A stretch of 64,000 nucleotides of DNA from Ancylonema sp. (Eukaryota), in NCBI GenBank assembly GCA_050230475.1, contig JBFLGF010000036.1:1-64000 (forward strand), written 5' to 3'. The position numbers were made by a program, and so were the translations under genes. The notes beneath the pieces are model-generated. The model did no database searches and had not been told where the DNA came from. It worked only from the letters and a program-made list of their open reading frames with translations. Position 1 is the stretch's first letter. Every line of letters begins with the position of its first letter. This document shows positions 1 to 11,200 of the stretch, piece after piece.

Positions 1-540
1 TGGGAGGGTGTCTAGCATGTCCTCCGCTACCTCCAAGGCACTAGCGGGGAGGGTCTCTGCTACAAGAAATTTGTGTCGACGCAGCTGTGGGGTTATTGCG
101 ATGCCACCCATCTGACCTACCCCGATACTGGGCGCTCTCGGGCGGGTTTTGTGTTCATGTCGGCTAGAGGGGCGATAAGCTGGCAGAGCAAGCTGGTTGG
201 GAATGCCAGCCTCAGCTCATGTGAGAGTGAATACATGGCGCTTGCCATGGCTGGGCAGGAGGCCAGTTTTCTTCGACAGCTCCAGCTTCAAATGGAGGGC
301 AAAGTTGGAGTTCCCACCCTGGTTCGTGTCTACCTCGACAGGCAACCGGCCCTTGACCTAGTCAACAATCCTGTCTACCAAATCCTCGCGAAGTACCACT
401 TCGTCCGACATCGGGTCCACAACGAGAAGGAAATGATATTGGTGAAGATTTCGTCATGCCAGATGGGGGCCGACATGTTAACAAAGAACGCGAGTGTAGG
501 AGTTGTACGATATAACAAGAAATTGCTGGGAATGATGTGA
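1..540 (+). mobile_element. 3' end of Ty1/copia pol (RT C-terminus and RNase H), degenerate, truncated by window edge
   Basis: Translation VLRYLQGT...LWGYCDA...SRAGFVF...ISWQSK...SSCESEYMA...MGADMLTK is typical copia RNase H; in-frame TAG at 13-15; stop at 538-540. Confidence 0.93.
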
Positions 541-586
541 CGTGTCGAGTTTAATTAGAAGTTAAGTTTATGCCACACTTATCATT

Positions 587-889
587 AGGGGGGGGTGTTG
601 AGTGTGTAATGCTAAGTGTGGCGCGTATTCGTGAGAGTTCAGTGTACCTAAAGTCTGTCGGTACTTTAGATATCGATATACCGAGCTTAGTCCCGTTCGC
701 CTAATGTTGTCTCCTCATTGGTCGACAGCTTAGTGTCGATCCCGCCAATTCATGTTCGAATCACTCAAGCATCCACTCACTCTTTGTACGCTTGCCCAAT
801 ACTCTAATGCTTCTCCGTGACTTATTCGCCTATATGACAATGCTACTGTGAATGACGCATTGCATCGAGTAACAATTGTCATTATAACA
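587..889 (+). repeat. PPT (587-595) and probable 3' LTR (596-~889) of the first copia element
   Basis: AGGGGGGGG directly followed by TGTTGAGTGT; candidate end ...TAACA at 889, where a second copia coding remnant resumes. Confidence 0.65.
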
Positions 890-1546
890 ATGTCAATTGC
901 ACAAGCCTGCCATCGACATCGTCCACAATCCCGTCTACCATGCCAGAAGCAAGCAGATACTGGCCAAATATAATCTCGTCCGAGACAAAGTCCATACTGA
1001 GGGGTAGCTAACATTGGAAAAATGTTCCACAAGCCAGATGGGGGCCGATATGCTTACAAAACATGCTAGTGTTGCAGTAGTTCGATACAACATAAAACTC
1101 TTGGACATGACCTGATTTTATCGATAAGGGGTGCAACTGGAAGCAAGTTTTTTTTATTCATTAGCACATTTGTCAGTAGGGGGGTGTGTTGAGTGTAATA
1201 ATGACATATGTGCTCGGTACTGAACATCCGGTTCGCTTCCAAATTAGCTCAAGTTCTATTTGTTCCGTTTCGCGATATATTGACATGTTCGTTATCACGA
1301 TCTGCCGCTTAGCTTTTAAGTCAGTGTTTCGACTTGATACGCTTTTGGTCGACAAGTGCCATATCAGCTTAGCAAGGCGCGCGCAAACTCATTCGAGTTG
1401 ATCGCAGCTATTTAACCTACTTTGTATGCTCGCTGATAATAACATTCTTGAATGAATCATTCATGTCTGCCATTATGTGTTTCTAAATGCGCATGTGCAA
1501 ATTTCAGCATTGAGTGTTATCTACTGACCAGCATATCGATTCAACA
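890..1546 (+). mobile_element. Older related copia remnant: RNase H end (890-1115), PPT (1178-1184), 3' LTR (1187-1546)
   Basis: Reads IDIVHNPVYHARSKQILAKY...QMGADMLTKHASVAVVRYN with an internal stop; LTR bounded by TGTTGA...TCAACA. Confidence 0.82.
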
Positions 1547-3290
1547 CCCGTTTTCATGGCCATATACTCGAGGGATCTCAAGGCGGTAATGGGCTATACG
1601 TAGAGAAGTGAGCGCTTTTTGGTAGACAGGTGTGTTAGTATTTTACAATCTTTGATTGACCGTTTGAATTCTTTTTTTTTATTTCATTCATCATACACAA
1701 TTTCGTTACAAGTAACTAAGAATATCATCGTTCGCTCGTAAGTAAATATGACCTTGTATTTATAAGACAGTGGAACATCACCCTCACCATTGCACGTGAC
1801 TAACTTGGTAACATGTAATAAACGTTCGCCGGACTGCAAACTGGCCACTCTAACGGAATGGACTAAAATAAAAGTTGATCGGGTCTTGAGACCCTCGAAT
1901 CAGCTCATTATTTTATCAATCCTCAGTCAAAGTCACCTAGAGTCGAGAGGACTTGACCGATATCCATCCCTAGCCCGGATTGGGGGCTTGTCGGATACGT
2001 AAAAGGGATGGGGAGGCTGGGTCGATTCCTTGGTGGATTTAGCGTATCACTTCTCCGTATTTCACATAACGAATGAGCTTAACCCCGAAATATAGTCATA
2101 ATCCTTCAATTATGACGGTGTTATCACATGTGCGTCATTAGATCGTCATGACAATCGCATTCTCAGAATCTTCTGGTGACCACATTTGTGCATATTGCGT
2201 ATTCCAAGTTGGATGTAATAATTTTGTGCGACATATGCATACCATGAATTGCGTAATGGCGGGTTGGCTTGAAATTAGCGGGATGGCTTGGTCATGGCAC
2301 AATATGAAGGGCGTGAATACTATAGATAGTGTTGAAGTTGCAATCTCAAATGTATTGTGGAGTGGGCACATTTTTTCGGTTAGCGCCATATTTTCTATTG
2401 AGAGCTTTTCAAAAAAAAAAGTTAATTTAAGGGTGTGTGTAATAATTGTTTCGTAATATTGGAACATGGGAGACAAATCGATAATACGTGTCAATTTGCT
2501 GGGAGTCGTAAATGCGTGTCATAGCATTCGCCGTGCGATTTATCGACATGCACAATAAGGTGTCGATAACTTTGAGAGTGGTTAGACAAGTGCTGGACTT
2601 TGTTTGTACGTGTGATGAATTATGTGAGTGTGTTCATGGGTGAAGATGGGAGCCGCAAAGAAGTTCACCGTCTTCATGGGTATAGGATAAAATTTGTGTT
2701 CGAAAGTAATAATATGTGTGAGGAAAAATTGTTGCAATGTGTTATGCAATGAATGTACATTTCTGCAAGCTATGAGTGTTACGACAAGCTCGTGATTTGC
2801 TTGTTTGTGAATGTGAAGTGAATGAACCGATATAAATAACTATGTCAAGCAAATCGGTGGCACCATGCATAAAGTGCCCAAGGCGCACACATTTAAGTGA
2901 TACGAAGACAACCATTTGGTTCGAGATAAAATCCTTCGTTCGGCGCCGAAAGCTTGTAAGCTACATATTCTAGCACGTATCTAGAGCAAAATTCGATTGT
3001 GGATTTGTGCCTACGTGTATTATTTGTACTCATAATGGTGCATCAAATGTTGAGTGACTATTTTCAAATGTTATAAATGTTCAATATATCGTCTTGAACT
3101 CCACCCACCTACCTATTCCTTCTTTCTACCTCAACTTATTATTTTCGAACAAAGAAGGGCTTGGTGGTGGTAGTCAGAGACAATGTCTTCAGCTCCCTAT
3201 ATGACGCAAGGGTCGAAAGCAGTTAGGCGACGGGGAGTCCCGACAACCTTCTTTACTTCTACTAAAAAAAATTAGGCACCCGACAAAGCA

Positions 3291-3490
3291 CCCGCCGGGC
3301 TGGATGTGCCTGCATCCGCTTCCAACGCAGTTTGGAGCCTTGCACTAGAGACCATCCCTCTGCCGTCTCAAGAAGCAACTTGTTTGATTATGAATTTGGC
3401 GCATTCATATATGGGTGGGAAGAAGGAGCTTCCCGATGTTGACACGTCACATTGATGATGATGTGCATCTTCCTATGCAAAAAAATATAT
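3291..3490 (+). pseudogene. Diverged fragment of the last exon/3' UTR of the ZCCHC8-like gene at 63296-63500
   Basis: Reads LDVPASASNAVWSLALE...AHSYMGGKKELPDVDTSH* versus LDVPTAAANAAWSLAAE...AHPYMESGGKEELPDMDMSD*; similarity continues past the stop. Confidence 0.8.
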
Positions 3491-4202
3491 CATTTGTCTA
3501 AAGTTGGTGCAGGGGATCTCAATCACATACAACGCACTTTTATTTCATGTCTTTCAAATGGAGAGCGGATTTACGATACTACCTTTTCTTTATTGTCCTT
3601 TTCCTTGCATGACGTAATCAAACTTCCCATATCATCCCACACTTCCTAGCTCCACAAGCCTTAGCCAATTCTAACACGAATATCTGGTTCTCTTGGTAAA
3701 GAAGAATTAAAAAAAGTGACACACGTGGTTTATACAGCACATGTAGGCAAATCAAAGTGTATTTATTACGTCTGGCCACATGTGCCGAGTCCACACAATG
3801 ATCTGGACCGTTGCGCGTGTTGATACACGTCTGTGCTTCTACATGGTTTTCGAACGGCACATGTCATTGCATCGGTCACACACGTGGTCATTTGGGAACT
3901 CGCACATGCGTATGTTTCATTGCACTCTAGCTACAAACATGTGTGTTTGAATATGTTGCTTTTTCTAGTTCACAATTGACTTTCAATACACCACCCTCCC
4001 ACATTGTCATATTTACAACTTATTCAATCTCTCTCCATCCACACGCTGCTTCTCCCCAATGGAGCGACATGCTTATTCCACAAAAAAGACGAAATTAATG
4101 TGGGCATGACGCAAATGGGGGCCTCGCATTCGACTCGCCTCCCCACCCCATGCACGTGTTCCCATCATGATTCACCCCATTCATACCAGCATCGTTCCTC
4201 GT

Positions 4203-6905
4203 CTACAACAGCTTTCTTGGCGTCATGAATCGTCGGTTCAGAGCAGCCACAGCGGTGGTCATGTGAAAGAGAGAGGCATGGACTAAGCTGTGACCGCCAG
4301 CTGTCACCAGATCCTGGAGGCGCTGCTTGTCTGCCTCCAGTTCAGTCTTCACCTTATCCCGCATCTCAATTCCCTGCAGCCCCATTGCATGGCCGACCCC
4401 ATTCTCATCTGGAACCAACGTATTTGCAAAATGAGATGTATGGCTCCCGTGAGTAACCTGTTGAGAGGAGGAGAGGTCTTGGAGGAGTCTTTTGTGATTC
4501 CTTCCCCTCAGAGCGCGTTGAATGACTTGTGCCGCATGCACACGCTCCGCCAATCGCTTCCCGTCTTCTGCCACGGCCTGGCAGAAGAAGGAGCGGCAAT
4601 AAGAGTTAGAGTTGCGCTCCGTGTAGATGCGAGCCTGAGGTGACGGTACCAATTTGAGGTGTGCCTCCGCCTTTGCAGTGGCACTCTCCTCCTCCCTCCC
4701 TTTGTCCAACGACAACTTGCGCAGCTGCTCCTCTAGTTGAGATACATCTGAGAATGGAGATGTGCGCAGCAGGTGGAGATAAGCAGCGCTGAGCGGGGGA
4801 AGGGGAAGGGGGGATGAGTGAACGGTGAGGTTGTGGGATCACTCACGTCTTCGAGAATTCCGAAGGCTTTCTGACAACTTATCTTTCTGATCCTCCCATC
4901 CCTTCAAACCAGCCGAGAGATCCTGCGAGCCACAGTGGACAGCACCATTTCAGAGAGGCGAGTGTATGCCACGTCAGCATCCATTCACGCCCTCTCACCT
5001 CTCGGTACAGCTCCTGTGCTGCTTCCTGTGCATCCTGCGCGGAATCCTCAGACTCCCTCAGCCTGACATGGAAGATCACAGCAGCCCACGTGAGCACTCT
5101 CTGATGATGCTGCCAGCAGGGAGGGGGGCCTCCTGTGCCCGTACCTCATCTCCCACGCTTTCACCTCTGCCCTGTGAGCTGCATTGCCCTCATACGCCTC
5201 CCTGTCCGACCCTGCGATCTCTTCCTCCAGCTGCATCAGCCGTGCTTTGGCTTGGGCCAGCTGCTCCTCCTGGCTGTAGACCACCACCTCTAGGGAGTGC
5301 ACGCGGTCATCGTGCTGATCCAACGTCTCCTGAAGGTTCCGAGAAAGTACGCGGAACTCCTCCGCCTCGGTCACCTGCGCCTTGGACAGCACCTTCATCG
5401 CGCGTCTCCCGAACAATAGCGAGCTCATGCTCTCTGAAATGTGATGTGCGCTGGGGGCAACGTTGACGAGCAGCGAGGTCTTGGCGCTCCCCCCCAGGCT
5501 CTCCTGCAGCAGGCGTGTGAGTTTGGAGTCGCGGAAAGGGACGTGGGTGGAGAGGGGGTCGGCCCGAGCGTTGATGCACTTCCCCAAGGAGGTGAGGGAG
5601 AGGTTCACGGATTTCGCCTCTGACGCACGCACGCCCTCTGATCCGGACTTCTTCAATCGCTCCGACCCCGCCAAGTCGACCAGGAACAGCTTGCCCACCA
5701 GAAGGCGCTCCCGCGCGCCTGAAGCTTTCGTCTTCTTCTCCACCGTCATGATGGCGATGGTGTGACTCCGAGAAGAGTGGGCATTCTGAAAAGAGGGGGA
5801 GTGGAATCAGAGGCTGGGTCGGCACTGGGTAGCGTTGGGTGGCGTTGAGCATGGGTGGCATGCCCTACAAGTTTTGTGAATGCGACTGCGCGGTTCCGGT
5901 CCCCGACTGCCAGCAGCCTGAGGGCCTCCTCCACTCCCTCCACCTGGAGCTCCTGCACCCCGGAGATGTACACCCCGTGCTCCGACTCGCGGATCTGCAT
6001 GTTGGAGCTGGAGGGGCGGAGGAGGTCTTGGATCATCTCCATGTATATTTGGACGTAGGACATGGAGACACGGTAGATGTGGTTCTTGACTGCAACTGCC
6101 CGACTGAAAATTTCCGCTGCTGCCCGAGGAATTATGCCTGCCAGTCCCCAGAAAACAGTCAGAAAATGTAGAGTTTAGAAGCTGGTGAGCCAAGCCAGGA
6201 CGGCAGTGGGGGATGGGTCACCAAACTGCCCCGGAAGAGTGCTGGAGAGAGTGTATGTCTTCCCAGCGCCCGTCTGGCCATATGCCATGACCGTCCCGTT
6301 GTAACCGTGGAGCACATCTTGGATGACCGGGCGGGCAGCGACCGAAAAAACATCGGACTGGGTCGCGGTGGGAGGGAGGACGGCATCGAACAAGAATTCT
6401 GTGCTCTCGTCTCTGCTCACACCATGCACCCACACCTGCATGCACGCATGGCGTGTCACATTCATGCGAGCCGGGAAGGAGCTGTGCGACGGATGTAGAA
6501 GATACCTGTGAAGTGTGACAGTGCCGCGCACAGGGTCAATGTCCATCACAGCCTCCTCATTGGCTGCCGCCTCTTCCACAGTGGGAGGTCGAACGCGGAT
6601 GGTGACTCGAACTCTCTCTGGGGAAAGGGGCAGTAATGTGTCAACAGATTTGTGTGATAGCATTGCTGATTCTTTACCTTCACCTTCAGATACAGAACGT
6701 CTGACTTTATTTCCACTTTCTTAACAGAGGCCTACACACCAACCCCTCCTCCATCTCGCATACCTTCGTCAGATCCGACGCCATCCTCAGTCTCAGCGAC
6801 GGCTCCTTCGGGTCTTCCATCCCACAACGTTCCGCCGCTGCTCTGTCGTCGATCTACATGAGGAGAAGAAGTTCGCTTTGGGGGTGCGCCCCGGTCTGTG
6901 TCCAT
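4203..6905 (-). CDS. Kinesin with ARK-type N-terminal motor, coiled coil and C-terminal IQ-like motif (about 9 exons)
   Basis: RVRVTIRVRP, P-loop GQTGAGKT, switch I NAHSSRSH, switch II VDLAGSER, HVPFRDSKLTRLL, LLFGRRAMKV; GT-AG introns give a continuous frame to TAG at 4203; ATG at 6905 is the likely start. Confidence 0.92.
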
Positions 6906-7397
6906 AGGCTTCACCAATATATTTTGTACAAACGAGGCCTCTACCCCGATGTGTTTGACCGAGTAGAGCGTTAAGCTACTAAATCTACTCTTGGATGTAA
7001 GAATTTTATGTCAAGATATCAGCAGGTCGTCGTACAGACTAAGTCGGCAAATGCTGGTTCCCATTCACAGCATCTCCATTCAGATAGACGCCCACCATCT
7101 ATTCCCTGCGTCCAGCCATCCTACAGACGCATATACTTTGCTCTTGTGACGGTGCTCCTAAAAGCTACCCCCGCATTCAACTGTTCGAAAAATGACGTGA
7201 TGAAAGAGCTAAAAGGTATTTGCACGCGCGCATGAGGAGGTCGGAGAGGCGCAAGCAAGGTTGTGGTTCTGCTTCGCAATCCGTAAATGACGTCGTTTAG
7301 ACGGCCACGGGAATCTTAGTCAAGAGGATGCATGTTCAAAATTTCCAGGGCACCATTGAAGACATTCTGGCGCGCCTGACAACGAGCGTTGTACGCA

Positions 7398-7570
7398 GTC
7401 AAGCCAAGTCGTAAGCAGTCTGTAGTCCGGAACTAGAAGCCAGTCCGGACTGGAAACTGGCAAGTCGGACTCCAGTCCGGTAATTTGCACTCTGTCCAGT
7501 CAGCCCAGTTTGACTAGGAATTCCGGATGCATAGACTTGTCGACTGGGTTGGACTGGGTCATGGCACGTG
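7398..7570. repeat. GACTGG/CCAGTC-motif-rich dispersed repeat (probable DNA-transposon subterminal region)
   Basis: Dense clusters of the hexamer in both orientations; similar clusters at 20320-20600 and 53283-53455. Confidence 0.55.
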
Positions 7571-7627
7571 TGAGAAGTACGTATGAGTGTGACTGCAAGG
7601 ATTGGACAAGTGCGATTCACTACATGT

Positions 7628-8270
7628 TGTGAACGCCGTATTGACGTCTTCTCTTGTCACAACTCTCAACTCACTCAAATACACGAATAGTGCTCAATAA
7701 CTAATTAACACATACTCAAACTCATTTGCGCATTCACATTCACTTCGAAAACTCACACTCATTGTACGCGACACATAGACAAAGCTTCTTTCTCATAAAA
7801 GCAAGTGAAAAAAAAAACAACACCAGTTGTTGGTGGTTCGGTAAGCGAATCTTGTTCCGCTAGCCAAAAGTATGACCTTGTAACAAACAACCGAGTACAA
7901 AGCATTCCTAAATGACTTACGACCCTTGATACATCGAACGATCAATCTAAACCCGATCATACACAATCTTCATAAGTACACACGCGCGCGCCAAGTAAAG
8001 CTACGCCGTCGCCACGTTGTCACTGACACAAAATCTCCGATACATTATTCTAACCAACCGTACCACTAATATAACAAACCAAAATAACACGCGTCACAAC
8101 TACCTCGATATAAGCACCAAACACATTTTGTTCATTTCATAGACGCACACTAAAAACCAAAAGTTCTTGAACACACCAAGAGTTCCTGTCAAACCTAATT
8201 GGCAACTTTGGCCACCTAAAAGTTGAATACTAATTTAGTATACAAGTTATGTTGCAGCACATATCTCACA
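7628..8270 (-). repeat. 3' LTR of the copia element
   Basis: Aligns end to end with 12952-13628 and 30552-31216; adjacent to PPT. Confidence 0.93.
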
Positions 8271-11200
8271 ATCCCCCTCCTTGCAACATCGACAACATTA
8301 AATAAATTTCTAGCCACTTGCCGCCATTCCAACTTTGCAAACTTTCAGAATTCCTACTCCGACATTTTTTGTCATCATGTCGGCAGCAAACCAGTCAATT
8401 TTACACAACTCAATCAACCCCTCCTCAACCCTATCATGTCTCCCTCTCCCCAGCATGATCGCCAGCTGACAGCAGCTCCAGCACTCAGAAACACATATCC
8501 ACTTCGTCCTCTGGTCTCCCTCTCCCCAGCATGACCAGAATCTGAATAGCCCCACACCTCGACTTGTGCCCCTCGTTTGTACATCAGCCCTTCTCCCACT
8601 GTACCACTCAAGGACCGTAACACACGTTTCACCCCCTCCCAATGTGTGACACCCGGATTCTGATTGAACTTACTCCGTTCTGACACTGCAGCTGCCAGAT
8701 CGGGTCGTGTGCATGTGGCATAAGACTGCCGACCTTAAGGAATGTTCTCCATTGCCCTCTTCTCCTCATCATCGACAGGTTTCTGGGAACTTTCGAGCTG
8801 AATCCCCAGCTCAAGCGGTGTCGACACGGGCTTACACCCCTCCATGTAGAAGCGCTTAACAACATCCCGAGCGTACCGCTCTTGGACCAGAAAGACATCC
8901 CCATTGACCTGTCTCCTGATTTCAATTCCCAGCAAAAATCGTGCCTCCCCTAGATCTTTCATTTTGAACTGTGTGCAGAGTCCATCCTTCACCTCTTTTA
9001 TCTCCCCCACTTTTTCCCCACCAAAAAAAAATCATCGACATATAGTGCAATGTACACCCATCATCCCCCTCCCCTTTCACGTATATCCCGAAATCAGACT
9101 TTAGACGAGTGAACCCCAACTGCTTCAGAACAGAATCGATGAGGATGTTCCACTGTCGTGGAGACTGCTTTAGTCCATAAAGGCACTTCAGCAGTTTCAT
9201 TACCTTCCCCTCGCTTCCTGAAAGCACTATACCCTCTGGTTGCTCCATGTACACTTCCTCATCGAGAGGAGCATAAAGGAAAGCCGTCGTAACATCCATT
9301 TGATGCATTTGCATCCCCTTTGAAGCCCCCAGAGCTACCATTTGTCGAATGCTCTCGAATCTGACTGTAGGACTGAAGGTCTGATCGTAGTCGACACCCT
9401 CCACCTGACTGTACCCCTTTGCCACTACTCTCGCCTTGTATTTTTCTATCTCGTCTTCACCCTGAGAACCCACTTTGACTTCACCACTTTCTTCCCCTTA
9501 GGCCTGTCGACAAGCTATGGAGTATTAAGTTGAAAGCAATGCTGCTCATCAATCGAGTATGGGACTTGGTAATGGGCACACGCGTTCGTCCTAATAGCAC
9601 CAACAGCAGTCGTCGTTGCCGGAGCGGCACACGCAAATCCTGAGAACCCACTTTGACTTCACCACTTTCTTCCCCTTAGGCCTGTCGACAAGCTCATACA
9701 CACCATTTTCTCTTAGGCTTTCCATTTTGCTGTTCATTGCCTGTTGCCACTTTTACCTGTGAGGTCCCTGAAGAGCTTTCTGAACTGACTCTGGACTTTG
9801 TTTGACCTCCTCATCTGCAGCAGAACCCCTCGGTTTTCCCTCTGTGTCTGGGCTCACTAGCCTCCTGAGTTTCCCCCCCCACCTCAGCAATTGGTACCTC
9901 ATGTACGGAACTTGCAAGAGCATCATCATCGGATCCCCAGTCATCAACTTCCCCCCCTCCTTCATCGCCACCACCCTCTTCTTCATCGTCACTGCTGTCC
10001 TCCACCAAGACAGGCATTTCCAGCTGAAGATTCACTTCCCCCACAGAAGTAACATCATCATTGAGATCTGGAAACCTAATCGGTTCGACATCGTCAAATT
10101 CTCCACCATCGACTGTTCTCCTCCACCAGCCAGCCTCAACGTTGAAATGTGGACGGGAAGCAAGCCTGACCTGTCGGTGCTCAGGGTCATCGGCTGCAAA
10201 GCCTTCTGCCAAATCCCGAAAGCTGCGAGGGGGGGGAAGTTCAACCCAGTGTGCTACAAGGGTGTCCTCGTGAGCTACAGCCGCAGCAGTCCAGCTTACA
10301 GGGTGTGGAAGTATGACACGCAGAAGGTGTATGATATAGCTTTCATCGACATCGGGAACTCCCACATTAACCACCTTCCCCCTCACTGGATCCCAGACTC
10401 GATATCCGACACTCCCAACCGGATATCCAACGACTACCCCCTCCCACTTCGTTACTCCCATCGTCCCCTTCCTCTTGAACTTCTCCATAGACACGTAGGC
10501 TTTGCTCCCATAAGCTCTTAGATGTTTGATCGTTGGAGTGCTGTCCGACCAGATTTCATCTGGAGTCTTACTCAAACCGGTCACTGGTGTCACTGGTCCT
10601 CTGTTTCGAATATATGATGCAGTTGAGATTGCCTCCACCCAAAACCCCCCTCCTAAACCAGCACCCACCAACATAGATCTTGCCCTCTCCTGCAGCGTGC
10701 GATTCATTCGCTCAGAAATCCCATTGCTCTGCGGTGAACGTGCTGGAAGGGTCTGATGAAGAATACCATGCTCCCTAAACCAAGTCTCAAGTGCTGCATC
10801 GACGTATTCTTCTGACCTGATTTCCTCCTCCCACAGGGTGTTGAAGGAGAAGGAGTGCTCCCAGATCAGATGGGAGCTGACATGCTGACCAAACACGCAA
10901 GTGTCGGGGTTATCCGTTATAACAAGAAGTTGATTGGTATGATGTGACGTTTTCGTGTTCACAGACAAGTTTAGCTTGCTGAAAGTTTTTTTTTCAGCCC
11001 GGTATCATTTTATTTTCCCCTTTCGGCTGGTTCCCAAGTTTCTGTCTCTGATTTTCGTTTACTGTGATTCACTCCTTGAGAGCAACCTTAGTGTCGCTTT
11101 TCAGTCGAAGTGGCACCGTCCAGGACTTCCGACTGACATCATCGATGATCACCAAGTTGTACGGACTGCCTCCTCCCCCGATTGCCTTCGGATTGAAGGG

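Noticed and set aside
1790..2950. Short ORFs in AT-rich DNA
   Set aside because: No motifs recognised; probably decayed repeat sequence.
6677..6731. Possible extra 54-bp kinesin exon with an in-frame TAA
   Set aside because: It would need a 32-bp upstream intron, shorter than others here; direct splicing 6763-6618 keeps the frame.
9802..10968. Long overlapping ORFs on both strands (239 aa and 385 aa) as a bidirectional gene
   Set aside because: Explained by antisense copia fragments inserted into copia integrase; both ORFs are chimeric.
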